In this document: positions 40,093 to 49,185 of the stretch, in pieces
Layout of the letters: every line of letters begins with the position of its first letter
Position numbering within the stretch: position 1 is the stretch's first letter
Source: Alphaproteobacteria bacterium
GTDB lineage: Bacteria > Pseudomonadota > Alphaproteobacteria > UBA828
Length of the DNA: 64,000 bases
Assembly (NCBI GenBank): GCA_965237415.1
Contig: CBDEFM010000002.1
Coordinates: 2,624,001 to 2,688,000, forward strand
Direction: 5' to 3'
Made by a program: the position numbers and the translations under genes
The notes under the pieces: generated by a model
Seen by the model: only the letters and a program-made list of their open reading frames with translations
The model's database searches: none
What the model was told of the DNA's origin: nothing

Positions 40093-40499
40093 CTGACAAG
40101 GATGCTCTAAAGGTGAAAATCCTGTCTGTCGTCGTGTGTGACGATGTGCGGGAGGAGAACAATGGAAAGGAAATCCTAATTGGAGTGTATAGTGGTGCGA
40201 TAACTGTTCATATGATTCCAAGTTTACCCTTACCTCTGAGATGTTGGGTTAATCTAACGATTCAAGGGCCGAGCAAGGTCAAATTGTATTTTAGAGCAAG
40301 GGATCATGACAATAAGGAGATATTTCAGGCACAATTAGAAACCGGGACGGAAGACGAGATAGGTATGGGAAGTATCCCCTTAGGACCGATCATATACACA
40401 CTTAGAGATCCTGAGGGGAGCCTAAAAGTCGACTATAAGGAAGGAGAAGGCGATTGGGCCAATATCATTACAAAGAGTGTAAAATACCAAAGTAAATGA
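40089..40499 (+). CDS. DUF6941-like beta-rich protein
   Basis: N-terminal VVCDDVREENNGKEILIGVY signature; ATGA overlap with HTH gene; very AT-rich for this genome. Confidence 0.65.
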   Translation: MTDKDALKVKILSVVVCDDVREENNGKEILIGVYSGAITVHMIPSLPLPLRCWVNLTIQGPSKVKLYFRARDHDNKEIFQAQLETGTEDEIGMGSIPLGPIIYTLRDPEGSLKVDYKEGEGDWANIITKSVKYQSK

Positions 40500-40583
40500 A
40501 TTTCGGAATGCCACTCGCTACCGTTTGTTGCACAAACGTCGCGTGTAGACCCTAATCCGACACCGCACCCGGAGCATTGAGCC

Positions 40584-41420
40584 ATGAAAGTCGGCGTGAC
40601 CATCTTCGCCACCGACTATTGCATCGCGCTCACCGAGCTCGCACCGGCGTTGGAGGAGCGGGGGTTCGACGCCCTCTTCGTGCCGGAGCACACCCACATC
40701 CCCACCAGCCGCCGCTCGCCCTGGCGGGGCGGAGCGGAGTTGCCGCCGGAATACTCCCACACGCTCGATCCATTCGTGAGCCTCACCGCGGCAGCGGCGG
40801 TGACCAGCACGCTCCGCCTCGGCACCGGCATCTGTCTCGTCACCGAGCGCGACCCCATCGTCACCGCCAAGGCGGTGGCGAGCCTGGATCTGGTCTCCGG
40901 CGGGCGCTTCGAGTTCGGCATCGGCGCCGGCTGGAACGCCGAGGAGATGGAGCATCACGGCACCCGCTTCGAGACCCGCTTCCGCCTGATGGAAGACCGG
41001 GTCAAGGCCATGCAGGCGATCTGGGCCGCGGACGAGGCCAGCTACGAGGGCGAGTTCACCTCGTTCGAGCCGAGCTGGTCGTGGCCCAAGCCGGTGCAGA
41101 AGCCGCATCCGCCGATCTTGCTGGGGGGTGAGACCGTGCACACGATGCGCCGGGTGATGGATTTCTGCTCAGGCTGGTTCCCGCGCGGCGCGATGCTGCC
41201 CGATCCGGCCGAGGGCATGAACCGGCTGAGCGCCGCTGCCGCCGAGGCGGGCCGCGACCCGGCCACGGTCTCTGCCACGGTCTTCGGCGCGCCGGCCGAG
41301 GCCGGTTATCTGGATGCCTGCCGCGCGGCCGGAATGGATCGCGCGCTGCTGCTGTTGCCGTCCGAGGGGCGCGACGGGGTTATGCCGCTGGTCGACCGCT
41401 ACGCCGCTCTTATCGGATGA
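40584..41420 (+). CDS. LLM class oxidoreductase (F420-dependent Rv2161c-like family)
   Basis: EHTHIP.SR, DPFV.L, AKAVASLD..SGGRF..GIG.GWN.EE, PKPVQ.PHPPI. Confidence 0.88.
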   Translation: MKVGVTIFATDYCIALTELAPALEERGFDALFVPEHTHIPTSRRSPWRGGAELPPEYSHTLDPFVSLTAAAAVTSTLRLGTGICLVTERDPIVTAKAVASLDLVSGGRFEFGIGAGWNAEEMEHHGTRFETRFRLMEDRVKAMQAIWAADEASYEGEFTSFEPSWSWPKPVQKPHPPILLGGETVHTMRRVMDFCSGWFPRGAMLPDPAEGMNRLSAAAAEAGRDPATVSATVFGAPAEAGYLDACRAAGMDRALLLLPSEGRDGVMPLVDRYAALIG

Positions 41421-42891
41421 GCGGGCGTCGGCTGAGGTGAGCCGGCGTTAGAGAGCGAAAGGCTTCTCTTGCGGCCTCGGCGCCGAGCGCGCCCCAAAGC
41501 GCGCCGCCGAGTACGGCCCCGAGCGCGCCCCACGGCTTCTGTTCCGCGAGCGGCCGCTCCGCTCCCCGCCGTCCCTTGACGCGCACCTTGAAGGATTCGT
41601 CCGGCGCAGGCAGGGGTATCTGGGTGGTCTTCAGGCTGTAGTCGGTGCGGTCGAGGTCGAGGTCGACCTCGTGCAGGATGGTTGCCATGGTCGCGGCGAT
41701 CTGCACCTCGGCGAAGCCGTTGCCGAGGCAGCGATGGGGGCCGAGGCCAAAGGGCGCGTAGACGTAGGGCTGCTTGTGCTCCGCCCGCTCCGGACCGTAG
41801 CGGTCGACGTCGAAGCGCTCGGGCTCCGGGAAGAATTCGGGCAGGTAGTGGGGCACGGCGGTGGCGATCATCACCCGCTCGCCGGCGGCGATGCGATGGC
41901 CTGCGAATTCGAAGGAGTTGGTGGCGGTGCGGATGAGCAGCGGGGTTACCGGATACATCCGCATGGTTTCCAGCGCTGCGCGGTGCATCGTGTCCATCTC
42001 GCGCAGGCGCTCGCCCCGGGGCCTGGAGCCGGTGAAGAGCGCTTCCGCCTCCTCCCGCACCCGCTCCAGCACGTCCGGGTGCCGCAGCAGTGCGTAGAGC
42101 ATGAAGGCGCAGGTGCCCGCCACGGTGTCCAGCGCCGCGACGAAGGGGCCCATTGCCGCGATCTTCAGGTCCGCTTCGGGAAAAAACTTCGGGTCAGCGT
42201 CGTGCAGGTCAAGCAGGTCGTCGATCAGGTCCGGCTCGGCGCCGTGCCGCTCCCGCATCGTGCCCGAGTGGCACTCGATCACCTCGTGATAGAGCTTGTC
42301 CACCTGCGCCGAGGCGCGGCGGAAGCGCGGCGACCAGCGCAGGTAAGGCCTGGGCACCATGGTGGCCGACAGCAGGCTGTGGACGTAGCAGACCAGGTCG
42401 TCGTTGTAGGGGCGGGGCGAAACGCCGGCCACCAGGGTACCCACCTGGTCGGTGACGATCCGCTGCAGCGCCGGCACCGCCGACATGGGCCGCGTGAGCG
42501 GCCACGCCGCGATCTCCCGGCGGGCGATATCGACGAGGCCGTCAATGTGCTCCACGGCGTACTCGCGGGAATAGCCCCGCCTCAACGTGCGGCGAAATGC
42601 CGCGTGCTCCGGCCCGTCGGCGCTGAGCGTGGAGCGCGCGGCGCCGAACCAGGCGTTGAAGCCGCTCCAGAACTCGAAGGAGCGAAGGTGCTTCGTGCCC
42701 TCCCGCGCGAGGAAGCGGTTGGCCTCCATCCCGGCCAGCACGGTGAAGCGGCGGTTGAGCAGCCGCATGCCGAACACCGGCCCGTGCTCCATGTAGCTGT
42801 CGGTGAGGAAGGCGCGCGTGTCCCGCGCCATGTCGAAGGCGCTGCCGACGACCGGCAGGCCGCGCACCAGCGGAATCGTCGTGATGGCCAT
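41410..42891 (-). CDS. cytochrome P450
   Basis: I-helix AALDT, ExxR (ETMR), PERFD..R, heme motif FGLGPHRCLG. Confidence 0.93.
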   Translation of the reverse strand: MAITTIPLVRGLPVVGSAFDMARDTRAFLTDSYMEHGPVFGMRLLNRRFTVLAGMEANRFLAREGTKHLRSFEFWSGFNAWFGAARSTLSADGPEHAAFRRTLRRGYSREYAVEHIDGLVDIARREIAAWPLTRPMSAVPALQRIVTDQVGTLVAGVSPRPYNDDLVCYVHSLLSATMVPRPYLRWSPRFRRASAQVDKLYHEVIECHSGTMRERHGAEPDLIDDLLDLHDADPKFFPEADLKIAAMGPFVAALDTVAGTCAFMLYALLRHPDVLERVREEAEALFTGSRPRGERLREMDTMHRAALETMRMYPVTPLLIRTATNSFEFAGHRIAAGERVMIATAVPHYLPEFFPEPERFDVDRYGPERAEHKQPYVYAPFGLGPHRCLGNGFAEVQIAATMATILHEVDLDLDRTDYSLKTTQIPLPAPDESFKVRVKGRRGAERPLAEQKPWGALGAVLGGALWGALGAEAAREAFRSLTPAHLSRRPLIR

Positions 42892-43268
42892 CTCCCAGCC
42901 CTCTGCGGTTCGGCGCCGGCCCGCCACCGATCGAGGGTGGGCAGCCGCCAGTGCGCCGCCGCTCAGGGAGATAATGGGTCCGAATAGGCCTGAATTCCAG
43001 CTCTTCCTGTATGTCGGAAGGTGTTATTTGGTATGCCGCCGGACAATGGGGTGGACGCCAATGCAATTCCGGCACGTCCGAAGTGCCGGGCGGGCCGAAC
43101 GTTGGGCCGAGACGCGCAGCCCGGGGAAACTGGGGCTCCCAGCGTATGGCAGACGCCGCGCCGCGCCATCGTGTGGCAAATGCAGCCGGTTCGATCGCCC
43201 CGGCCTGACTAGGTGGAAATCGTTCGCGCGTGGTATAGGCGCGCGCCATCTTCAAAGGGGGGAACGCG

Positions 43269-43721
43269 GTGGAATTGAGCACCGAACGGCGTGACGGCGT
43301 GTTGTTGGCGAACGTGAGCGGGCGGATCGATCCGAAAAGCGCCGGGGCGCTCGAGACGGCGATCACCGGTGCGCTCCAGAACGGCGACCGCGCCGTGATC
43401 CTGGATTTCGAGCAACTCGTCTATATCGGCAACAGCGGCATTCGCGCGCTTCGAGTCATCGCCAGGATCCTTCGCGATCGTGATGCAGCCTTGGTCATTT
43501 GCTCGCCGCAGGGTGTCGTCGCCGCGGTCTTCTCGGGGAGCGGTGTGGACACGCTCATCACGGTCGACCCGACCAGGGCCGCCGCCTTTGAGGCCCTCAA
43601 CACCCGACCAGGTGCCGCCCTCTTCTCGGCCGCCCGCTCCGCGACGGATGCCGAGCCCGCCACGATGCGGGGGTGTATGGCACCGGACGACCAGCGCTTC
43701 CTCCATACCACTCGCGCATAG
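43269..43721 (+). CDS. STAS domain protein (anti-sigma factor antagonist)
   Basis: SGRID, ILDF..L.YIGNSGIRAL, VF..SG. Confidence 0.8.
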   Translation: MELSTERRDGVLLANVSGRIDPKSAGALETAITGALQNGDRAVILDFEQLVYIGNSGIRALRVIARILRDRDAALVICSPQGVVAAVFSGSGVDTLITVDPTRAAAFEALNTRPGAALFSAARSATDAEPATMRGCMAPDDQRFLHTTRA

Positions 43722-43854
43722 TTGATCGCCCGCGGGGTTGGCACGGCTAGCAATCGCTCGTATCGTTCGTCCACGCCGAGTACAGGGGCTGGGCGACGAC
43801 ATGCGATCCCCGACAAGGGCTGTGGACTGCGTCCGCTCATCCGGGAGCTAGAGC

Positions 43855-44067
43855 GTGGAAGCCGCGCGTATCGTTATCGAGGTCCTGCAGTACTACGGCT
43901 ATATCGGGCTCGCCGTCGCGGCCGCATTCCTGCTCTTCGGCATCGAGCGGGTGGATGCCGGCGCGCGACGCTCCTACGCCTTCCGCCCGCTCCTGATTCC
44001 GGGCTGTATCGTACTCTGGCCGCTGGTGATCGTCCGCTGGGTCGCGGCGGAACGGCAGCGCGGCTGA
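43855..44067 (+). CDS. small two-TM membrane protein, first gene of redox operon
   Basis: Two hydrophobic segments, RVDAGAR.SYAFRPLLIPG...LWP. Confidence 0.7.
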   Translation: MEAARIVIEVLQYYGYIGLAVAAAFLLFGIERVDAGARRSYAFRPLLIPGCIVLWPLVIVRWVAAERQRG

Positions 44068-44080
44068 GCGGTCTCTCGTC

Positions 44081-44260
44081 GTGCAGCGCCGCCACCGCAC
44101 CACCCACGCCTACATCTGGAAGGCGCTCGCCATTTTTCTGCCGGCGATGCTGATCGCGGCGCTTGCCGTTCGCCAGCACGGGCCGACCGAGAAAGCGGCC
44201 GTGCAGATCGAAAAGCCCGCCGCCGAGGTCGAGGCACCTGCCGAGGGAACCGAGCCGTGA
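44081..44260 (+). CDS. small single-TM protein (59 aa, absent from supplied ORF track)
   Basis: GTG 44081 to TGA 44260 reads MQRRHRTTHAYIWKALAIFLPAMLIAALAVRQHGPTEKAAVQIEKP...; fills the operon gap. Confidence 0.65.
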   Translation: MQRRHRTTHAYIWKALAIFLPAMLIAALAVRQHGPTEKAAVQIEKPAAEVEAPAEGTEP

Positions 44261-44276
44261 GGCAAGGGGCTGAGCG

Positions 44277-45347
44277 ATGAGCGTGCGCTACGCGCCGGTC
44301 GGCTGGAACCGCAACAAGATCGTCTACGACGTCGTGTTGCTGGCGGCCGTCGTCGCGTACATCTTGCTCTTCATCAAGATCGCGCCGAGCTTCCAGGACG
44401 TCACGCGGCCGACCAGCGGGGCGATCCTCAGGGCGCAGGCTTTCGGCACCTGTGCCTTCCTGATGCTCACGTTCATCCTCTGCATCGGGCCGCTGGCGCG
44501 GCTGGATACGCGCTTTCTGCCGTTGCTCTACAACCGCCGCCACTTCGGTGTGATCACCTGCGCGGTGGCGTTCACCCACGCGAGCAGCGTCGTCAGCATC
44601 TATTTCTCGTTCAGCCCGCTCAACAAGTACGTGGCCGTGCTCGCGAGCAACTCGAGCTACGATCGCTTTCTCGGCTTCCCCTTCGAGACCTTCGGCATCT
44701 TCGCGTTGTTCCTGCTTTTGGTGCTTGCGGCGACGAGTCACGACTTCTGGCTCAAGTTCCTGACGCCGCCGATCTGGAAGGCGATCCACATTTCGGTCTA
44801 TGTCGCCTATGCGTCGATCGTTTGCCACGTGGCGCTCGGCTCGCTGCAGTCGAAGCAGAGCCCGCTCCTCGCCGTCATCGTCGGTTTGAGCGTGGTTGCG
44901 GTCACCGGCCTGCACCTCGTTGCCGGGCGCATCGAACGGCAGAAGGACCGGAATACTGCCGAAAACGCCGAGGAGGCGCCCTGGGTCGTCGCCGGCGATG
45001 TGGAGTCCGTGCCCGACGGGCGCGGCATCGTCGTGCCGCTGGAAGACGGCGAGCGGGTCGCGGTCTTCCGTTACGGCGACAAGCTGTCGGCCCTCGCCAA
45101 TGTCTGCGCCCATCAGAACGGGCCGCTCGGCGAGGGGCGCATCATGGACGGATGCGTGACCTGCCCGTGGCACGGCTTCCAGTACCGGCCAGAGGACGGC
45201 TGCTCGCCGCCGCCCTTTACCGAGAAGGTCGCAACCTATCGGCTCAAGCTCGACGGCAGGCGAATTTTGCTCGATCCCCGGCCGAACGCGCCCGGCACCT
45301 TTGTCGAGCCCGTGCGCGTCGAGCCCGCGAGCGTGACGGAGGCGTAA
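44277..45347 (+). CDS. ferric-reductase-like transmembrane domain fused to C-terminal Rieske [2Fe-2S] domain
   Basis: MsrQ-like YNRRHFGV, LAATSHD, WKAIH..VY; Rieske CAHQNGPL...CPWHG. Confidence 0.85.
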   Translation: MSVRYAPVGWNRNKIVYDVVLLAAVVAYILLFIKIAPSFQDVTRPTSGAILRAQAFGTCAFLMLTFILCIGPLARLDTRFLPLLYNRRHFGVITCAVAFTHASSVVSIYFSFSPLNKYVAVLASNSSYDRFLGFPFETFGIFALFLLLVLAATSHDFWLKFLTPPIWKAIHISVYVAYASIVCHVALGSLQSKQSPLLAVIVGLSVVAVTGLHLVAGRIERQKDRNTAENAEEAPWVVAGDVESVPDGRGIVVPLEDGERVAVFRYGDKLSALANVCAHQNGPLGEGRIMDGCVTCPWHGFQYRPEDGCSPPPFTEKVATYRLKLDGRRILLDPRPNAPGTFVEPVRVEPASVTEA

Positions 45348-45348
45348 A

Positions 45349-46137
45349 ATGGCAGGCCGCGCGCCAGACCCGGGCTTCTTCGTCGGCTACTTGAACACCG
45401 TGCCGCGCCCGCTCGCTATCTTCCTGGTGGTCGCAGCCGCTCTGCTCGTGGGCGGCATGGCCGGATTGGCCTTCGCGCTCGGCACCAACGTGAACGATCC
45501 CGGCGACGGTGCGTTCGCCCGCAAGCTCGGAAAGCAGGCGATGAGCGGCGTGCTGCTCGAGAATCCCTATCCGATCCTGCGGGTGCGCCCGGACGCGAAC
45601 AATCCCGAGCCCCGCACGATCATGCTCACCGTGCCCGGCAAGCGCAGCGTCAAGCGCCGCGGTCGCAAGCTCTTCGATCAAGTGGTCGATGTCAGCGGCT
45701 TCCTCTTCCAGCGCGGCGACATCGACATGCTGCAGGTCCAGGGCAAGAACTCGTTGATAGCGGCGGAGGCGGGCGAAGGCGAGCCGCCGCCCACCTTCAC
45801 CCCGGCGCCGGCTGAATCCCTCGGCCGCTGGCGCCTCATCGGCGAGATCTGCGACAGCAAGTGCCATCTGGGCGCCATGCGCCCGGGCGACGGGCTCGCG
45901 CACAAGGCCTGCGCCAATCTCTGCATTTCTTCTGGCGCCCCGCCGATCTTCGTCACGGAGGAGGAAGGTGCGGTCGAGGGCGAGACGTTTCTGTTGATGG
46001 CCGATCAGGATGGCGGGCCGCTCCCCGACGACTTCGGCGACTATGTCGCGGTCCTCGTCGAGCTCGAAGGCGAGGTCGAGCGCCTCGACGATCTCCTCGT
46101 CTTCAAGGTCGATATCGACAAGGCCGAGGTGCTCTGA
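45349..46137 (+). CDS. membrane-anchored Cys/His-rich hypothetical protein
   Basis: N-terminal TM helix; GEICDSKCHLGAMRPGDGLAHKACANLCI motif. Confidence 0.75.
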   Translation: MAGRAPDPGFFVGYLNTVPRPLAIFLVVAAALLVGGMAGLAFALGTNVNDPGDGAFARKLGKQAMSGVLLENPYPILRVRPDANNPEPRTIMLTVPGKRSVKRRGRKLFDQVVDVSGFLFQRGDIDMLQVQGKNSLIAAEAGEGEPPPTFTPAPAESLGRWRLIGEICDSKCHLGAMRPGDGLAHKACANLCISSGAPPIFVTEEEGAVEGETFLLMADQDGGPLPDDFGDYVAVLVELEGEVERLDDLLVFKVDIDKAEVL

Positions 46138-46140
46138 GCG

Positions 46141-46392
46141 ATGCGCAACGCCGCCTGGATCGTCGCCGGCATGATCGCGACCGCGGGCCTCGGCTACGCG
46201 TCCTACTGGGTCTATCTGGAGGTACAGCAGCAGATTCGCGGCACGCTGATCTCCGGTTTCGGCATCTTCGCAGGCGTCATGGGCGCCTTCGCCCTGCTCG
46301 GCGTGGCCCACGTGGTCTCCACTCAAGCCGAGCGTCTGCTATGCAGGCGCAAGACGCCCTCGGCCGAAGACAAGACGCCAGGGGGCGCGTGA
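46141..46392 (+). CDS. small two-TM membrane protein
   Basis: 3 bp gap after the previous stop; two hydrophobic helices. Confidence 0.55.
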   Translation: MRNAAWIVAGMIATAGLGYASYWVYLEVQQQIRGTLISGFGIFAGVMGAFALLGVAHVVSTQAERLLCRRKTPSAEDKTPGGA

Positions 46393-46444
46393 CGTTCGAT
46401 AAGGCGCCGCGCATGCCCAGCGCGGCGGCAGAAGGCACAAGTCG

Positions 46445-48055
46445 ATGAACAAGATCGCAATCAAGACGCTTGACGAATTGGGTGACCGAGAGCCGGCCTA
46501 CGCGCTAGTCGGCGACGTCGATCTCTGCGTCGTGCGCTACGACGACAACGTGTCGGTCTTCTACGGCCGCTGCCTGCACCGGGGCGCGCTCATGGCCGAC
46601 GGCCATGTCGACGGCGAGAACCTGATCTGCGGCGTCCACTACTGGGACTACCGCCTCGATACCGGCGTCAGCGAATACAATAACGAAGAAGTCCTGCCCA
46701 AGTTCACCTCGTGGACTGAGGACGGCCAGGTTTTGGTCGACGCGGACGAGATCGGCGCTTGGGGGCAGGACCACCCGCAGCCCTTCCAGCGGGACGAGTA
46801 TCTCGGCCTCTACGCCGACACGCACCCCGCGCCCGAGGAGCCCCATGTGGGGCTCATCCAGGGCTATGCCAGGGACGGGCTCAGCAAGACCGGCCACCAC
46901 GGAGTCGTCGTGGCCATGGGCGTGCCACGCCAGGATCTGCCGAGCTGGGACGACATCCAGTTCATCACGGCGCAACTTCACCGCATGCCGCACTTGGATG
47001 ACGAGGCCGTCGGCACCGAGGTGGTGATCGGGCCGAACGCCCAAAAACCGCTCACCCTCGACATTCCGCTCCTGGTCTCGGACATGAGCTTCGGCGCGCT
47101 CTCGGAGCCTGCAAAGGTCTCGCTCGCGCGGGGCGCGGAGCTCTCCGGCACCGGCATCTGCTCGGGCGAGGGCGGCATGCTGCCGGAGGAGCAGCAGGCC
47201 TGCAGCCGCTATTTCTACGAGCTCGCCTCCGGCCGGTTCGGCTTCTCCTGGGACAAGCTCGAGCACGTGCAGGCCTTCCACTTCAAGGGCGGCCAGGGCG
47301 CCAAGACCGGCACCGGCGGGCATCTGCCGGGCGACAAGGTAAGGGGCAAGATCGCAGAGGTGCGGGGGCTTCCGGAAGGCTCGCCCGCAGTCTCGCCACC
47401 GCGCTTCCCGGACTGGACGGACTGGCGCCAGGTGAGAGATTTCGCCGACGAGGTACGCAGCCAGACCGGCGGCATCCCCATCGGCTACAAGCTCTCGGCC
47501 CAGCATATCGAGAAGGATATCGACGCCGCGCTCGAGGTGGGGGTCGACTACATCATCCTGGATGGGCGCGGCGGCGGCACAGGTGCTGCGCCGCTCATCT
47601 TCCGCGACAACATCTCGGTGCCGACTATTCCGGCGCTGGCGCGCGCCAGGCGCCATCTCGGCGCGTCGGAGCGCCAGGACGTGACGCTGGTGATCACTGG
47701 CGGCTTGCGCAAGCCCGCCGATTTCGCCAAGGCGCTGGCGCTGGGTGCGGATGCGGTCGCGGTCTCCAACGCCGCGATCCAGGCGATCGGCTGCCTCGGC
47801 ATGCGCGCCTGTCACACCAACAACTGCCCGGTCGGCATCGCGACCCAGAAACCCCATCTCACCGCCCGGATCGAGGTCGAGAAGTCTGCACGGCGTCTCG
47901 CCAACTTCTTCGAGGCAAGCGTAGAGTTGATGAAGATCATGGCGCGCGCCTGCGGGCACGCGCACTTGAACGAGCTCGCGCTCGACGACCTCGTGACCTG
48001 GAAGGAGGATGTGTCGCGGCTTGCGGGCGTCGCCTACGGCGGGGTCGGCGGCTAA
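46445..48055 (+). CDS. Rieske domain fused to glutamate synthase FMN-binding domain
   Basis: CLHRG...CGVH Rieske; DMSFGALS, SGEGG, GQGAKTGTGGHLP, DGRGGGTGAAP, [3Fe-4S] motif CLGMRACHTNNCP. Confidence 0.9.
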   Translation: MNKIAIKTLDELGDREPAYALVGDVDLCVVRYDDNVSVFYGRCLHRGALMADGHVDGENLICGVHYWDYRLDTGVSEYNNEEVLPKFTSWTEDGQVLVDADEIGAWGQDHPQPFQRDEYLGLYADTHPAPEEPHVGLIQGYARDGLSKTGHHGVVVAMGVPRQDLPSWDDIQFITAQLHRMPHLDDEAVGTEVVIGPNAQKPLTLDIPLLVSDMSFGALSEPAKVSLARGAELSGTGICSGEGGMLPEEQQACSRYFYELASGRFGFSWDKLEHVQAFHFKGGQGAKTGTGGHLPGDKVRGKIAEVRGLPEGSPAVSPPRFPDWTDWRQVRDFADEVRSQTGGIPIGYKLSAQHIEKDIDAALEVGVDYIILDGRGGGTGAAPLIFRDNISVPTIPALARARRHLGASERQDVTLVITGGLRKPADFAKALALGADAVAVSNAAIQAIGCLGMRACHTNNCPVGIATQKPHLTARIEVEKSARRLANFFEASVELMKIMARACGHAHLNELALDDLVTWKEDVSRLAGVAYGGVGG

Positions 48056-48061
48056 CGAGCG

Positions 48062-49120
48062 CTAGAGGTTCTTCGCGAACTCTCTATTCGCGGCCGGTAT
48101 CTCGGGGACCGTGCCTATGTAGGCGTGGCGGGACATGTCGGGCGAGTACTTGCTCGCCGACGGACGGCGGCCGAGCGCCTCCGCCATGCTGCGGATGTGA
48201 TGGGGTGCCGCGCCGCAACAGACCCCGAGATAGTTGACGCCGAGCGCCTGTGCCTGCCTTGTGAATTCCGAGATCTCGTAGCGGTTGCAGGCGAGGTTGT
48301 CGAGCGCGGTGGGGAAGGCGCGTCCCTCCGGCAGGCAGGCGCAATCCGGGTCGCTGAGCGACATGAAGGTCGGCTCGTCGGCGCGGGTGCGGTAGGCCAC
48401 CGGCAGCGCCGAGACGTGGCAGCTCACCGCCTCGCGGATGGCCCCCAACAGCGGCAGCATGGTCGCCGGGCCGCGCGCGCAGTTGAGCCCGACGACATCG
48501 GCGCCCGCGTCTTCCAGGCGCTTGCAGGCATCGGCCGGGGTCAGGCCCTCGCGGGTGTGCGGGTCGCGGAAGATGGCGAGGTTGATCACCGCGGGCAGGC
48601 CTGCCGCCTTGATCGCTGCGAGCGCGAGCAGGGCCTCGCTCACGTAGCCGATGGTCTCGGCGACGATGAAGTCCACGCCCTCGTCCACGGCCCAACCCAC
48701 CTGCTCGTCGAACATGGCACGCACCGTCCGCGCGGACTCAGGATCGCCGTCCACGAAAATGTTGGAGTTGCACACATTGCCGGCGACCAGCGCGCCGCCC
48801 TCTTGCGCCACCACCCGCGCGAGGCGGATCGCGGTGCGGTTCATTCTTTCGAGCCCATCTTCCTTGCCGATCAGCCTGAGCTTCTCCCGATGGGCGTAGT
48901 AGGTGAAGGCGAGCATGACGTCGGAGCCAGCGCGCAGGAAGTCCCGGTGCAGCCGTATCACCGCATCGGGGTGTTCGAGCACCGCCTCGGGCACGTAGGG
49001 GCCGGCGGTGACATAGCCCGCGCGCTCGAGCTCGAACAAATAGCCCTCGGCGCAAATGACCGGTCCCGCTTCGAGCCGTTCAAGAAGGCCCGGCGCTGCC
49101 GCCGCAACAGGGTCAGTCAT
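48062..49120 (-). CDS. homocysteine S-methyltransferase family protein (BHMT-like), copy 1
   Basis: ICAEGYLFELE, AFTYYAHREK, Zn ligands GLNC and GVCCG; ATG 49120 preceded by AAGGAG. Confidence 0.9.
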   Translation of the reverse strand: MTDPVAAAAPGLLERLEAGPVICAEGYLFELERAGYVTAGPYVPEAVLEHPDAVIRLHRDFLRAGSDVMLAFTYYAHREKLRLIGKEDGLERMNRTAIRLARVVAQEGGALVAGNVCNSNIFVDGDPESARTVRAMFDEQVGWAVDEGVDFIVAETIGYVSEALLALAAIKAAGLPAVINLAIFRDPHTREGLTPADACKRLEDAGADVVGLNCARGPATMLPLLGAIREAVSCHVSALPVAYRTRADEPTFMSLSDPDCACLPEGRAFPTALDNLACNRYEISEFTRQAQALGVNYLGVCCGAAPHHIRSMAEALGRRPSASKYSPDMSRHAYIGTVPEIPAANREFAKNL

Positions 49121-49185
49121 GCAAGCATTCTCCTTAGTTCGCGCTGGCGGTGCGGCTGAGCGTCTCCCCTGAGCCCCGATCAGCG

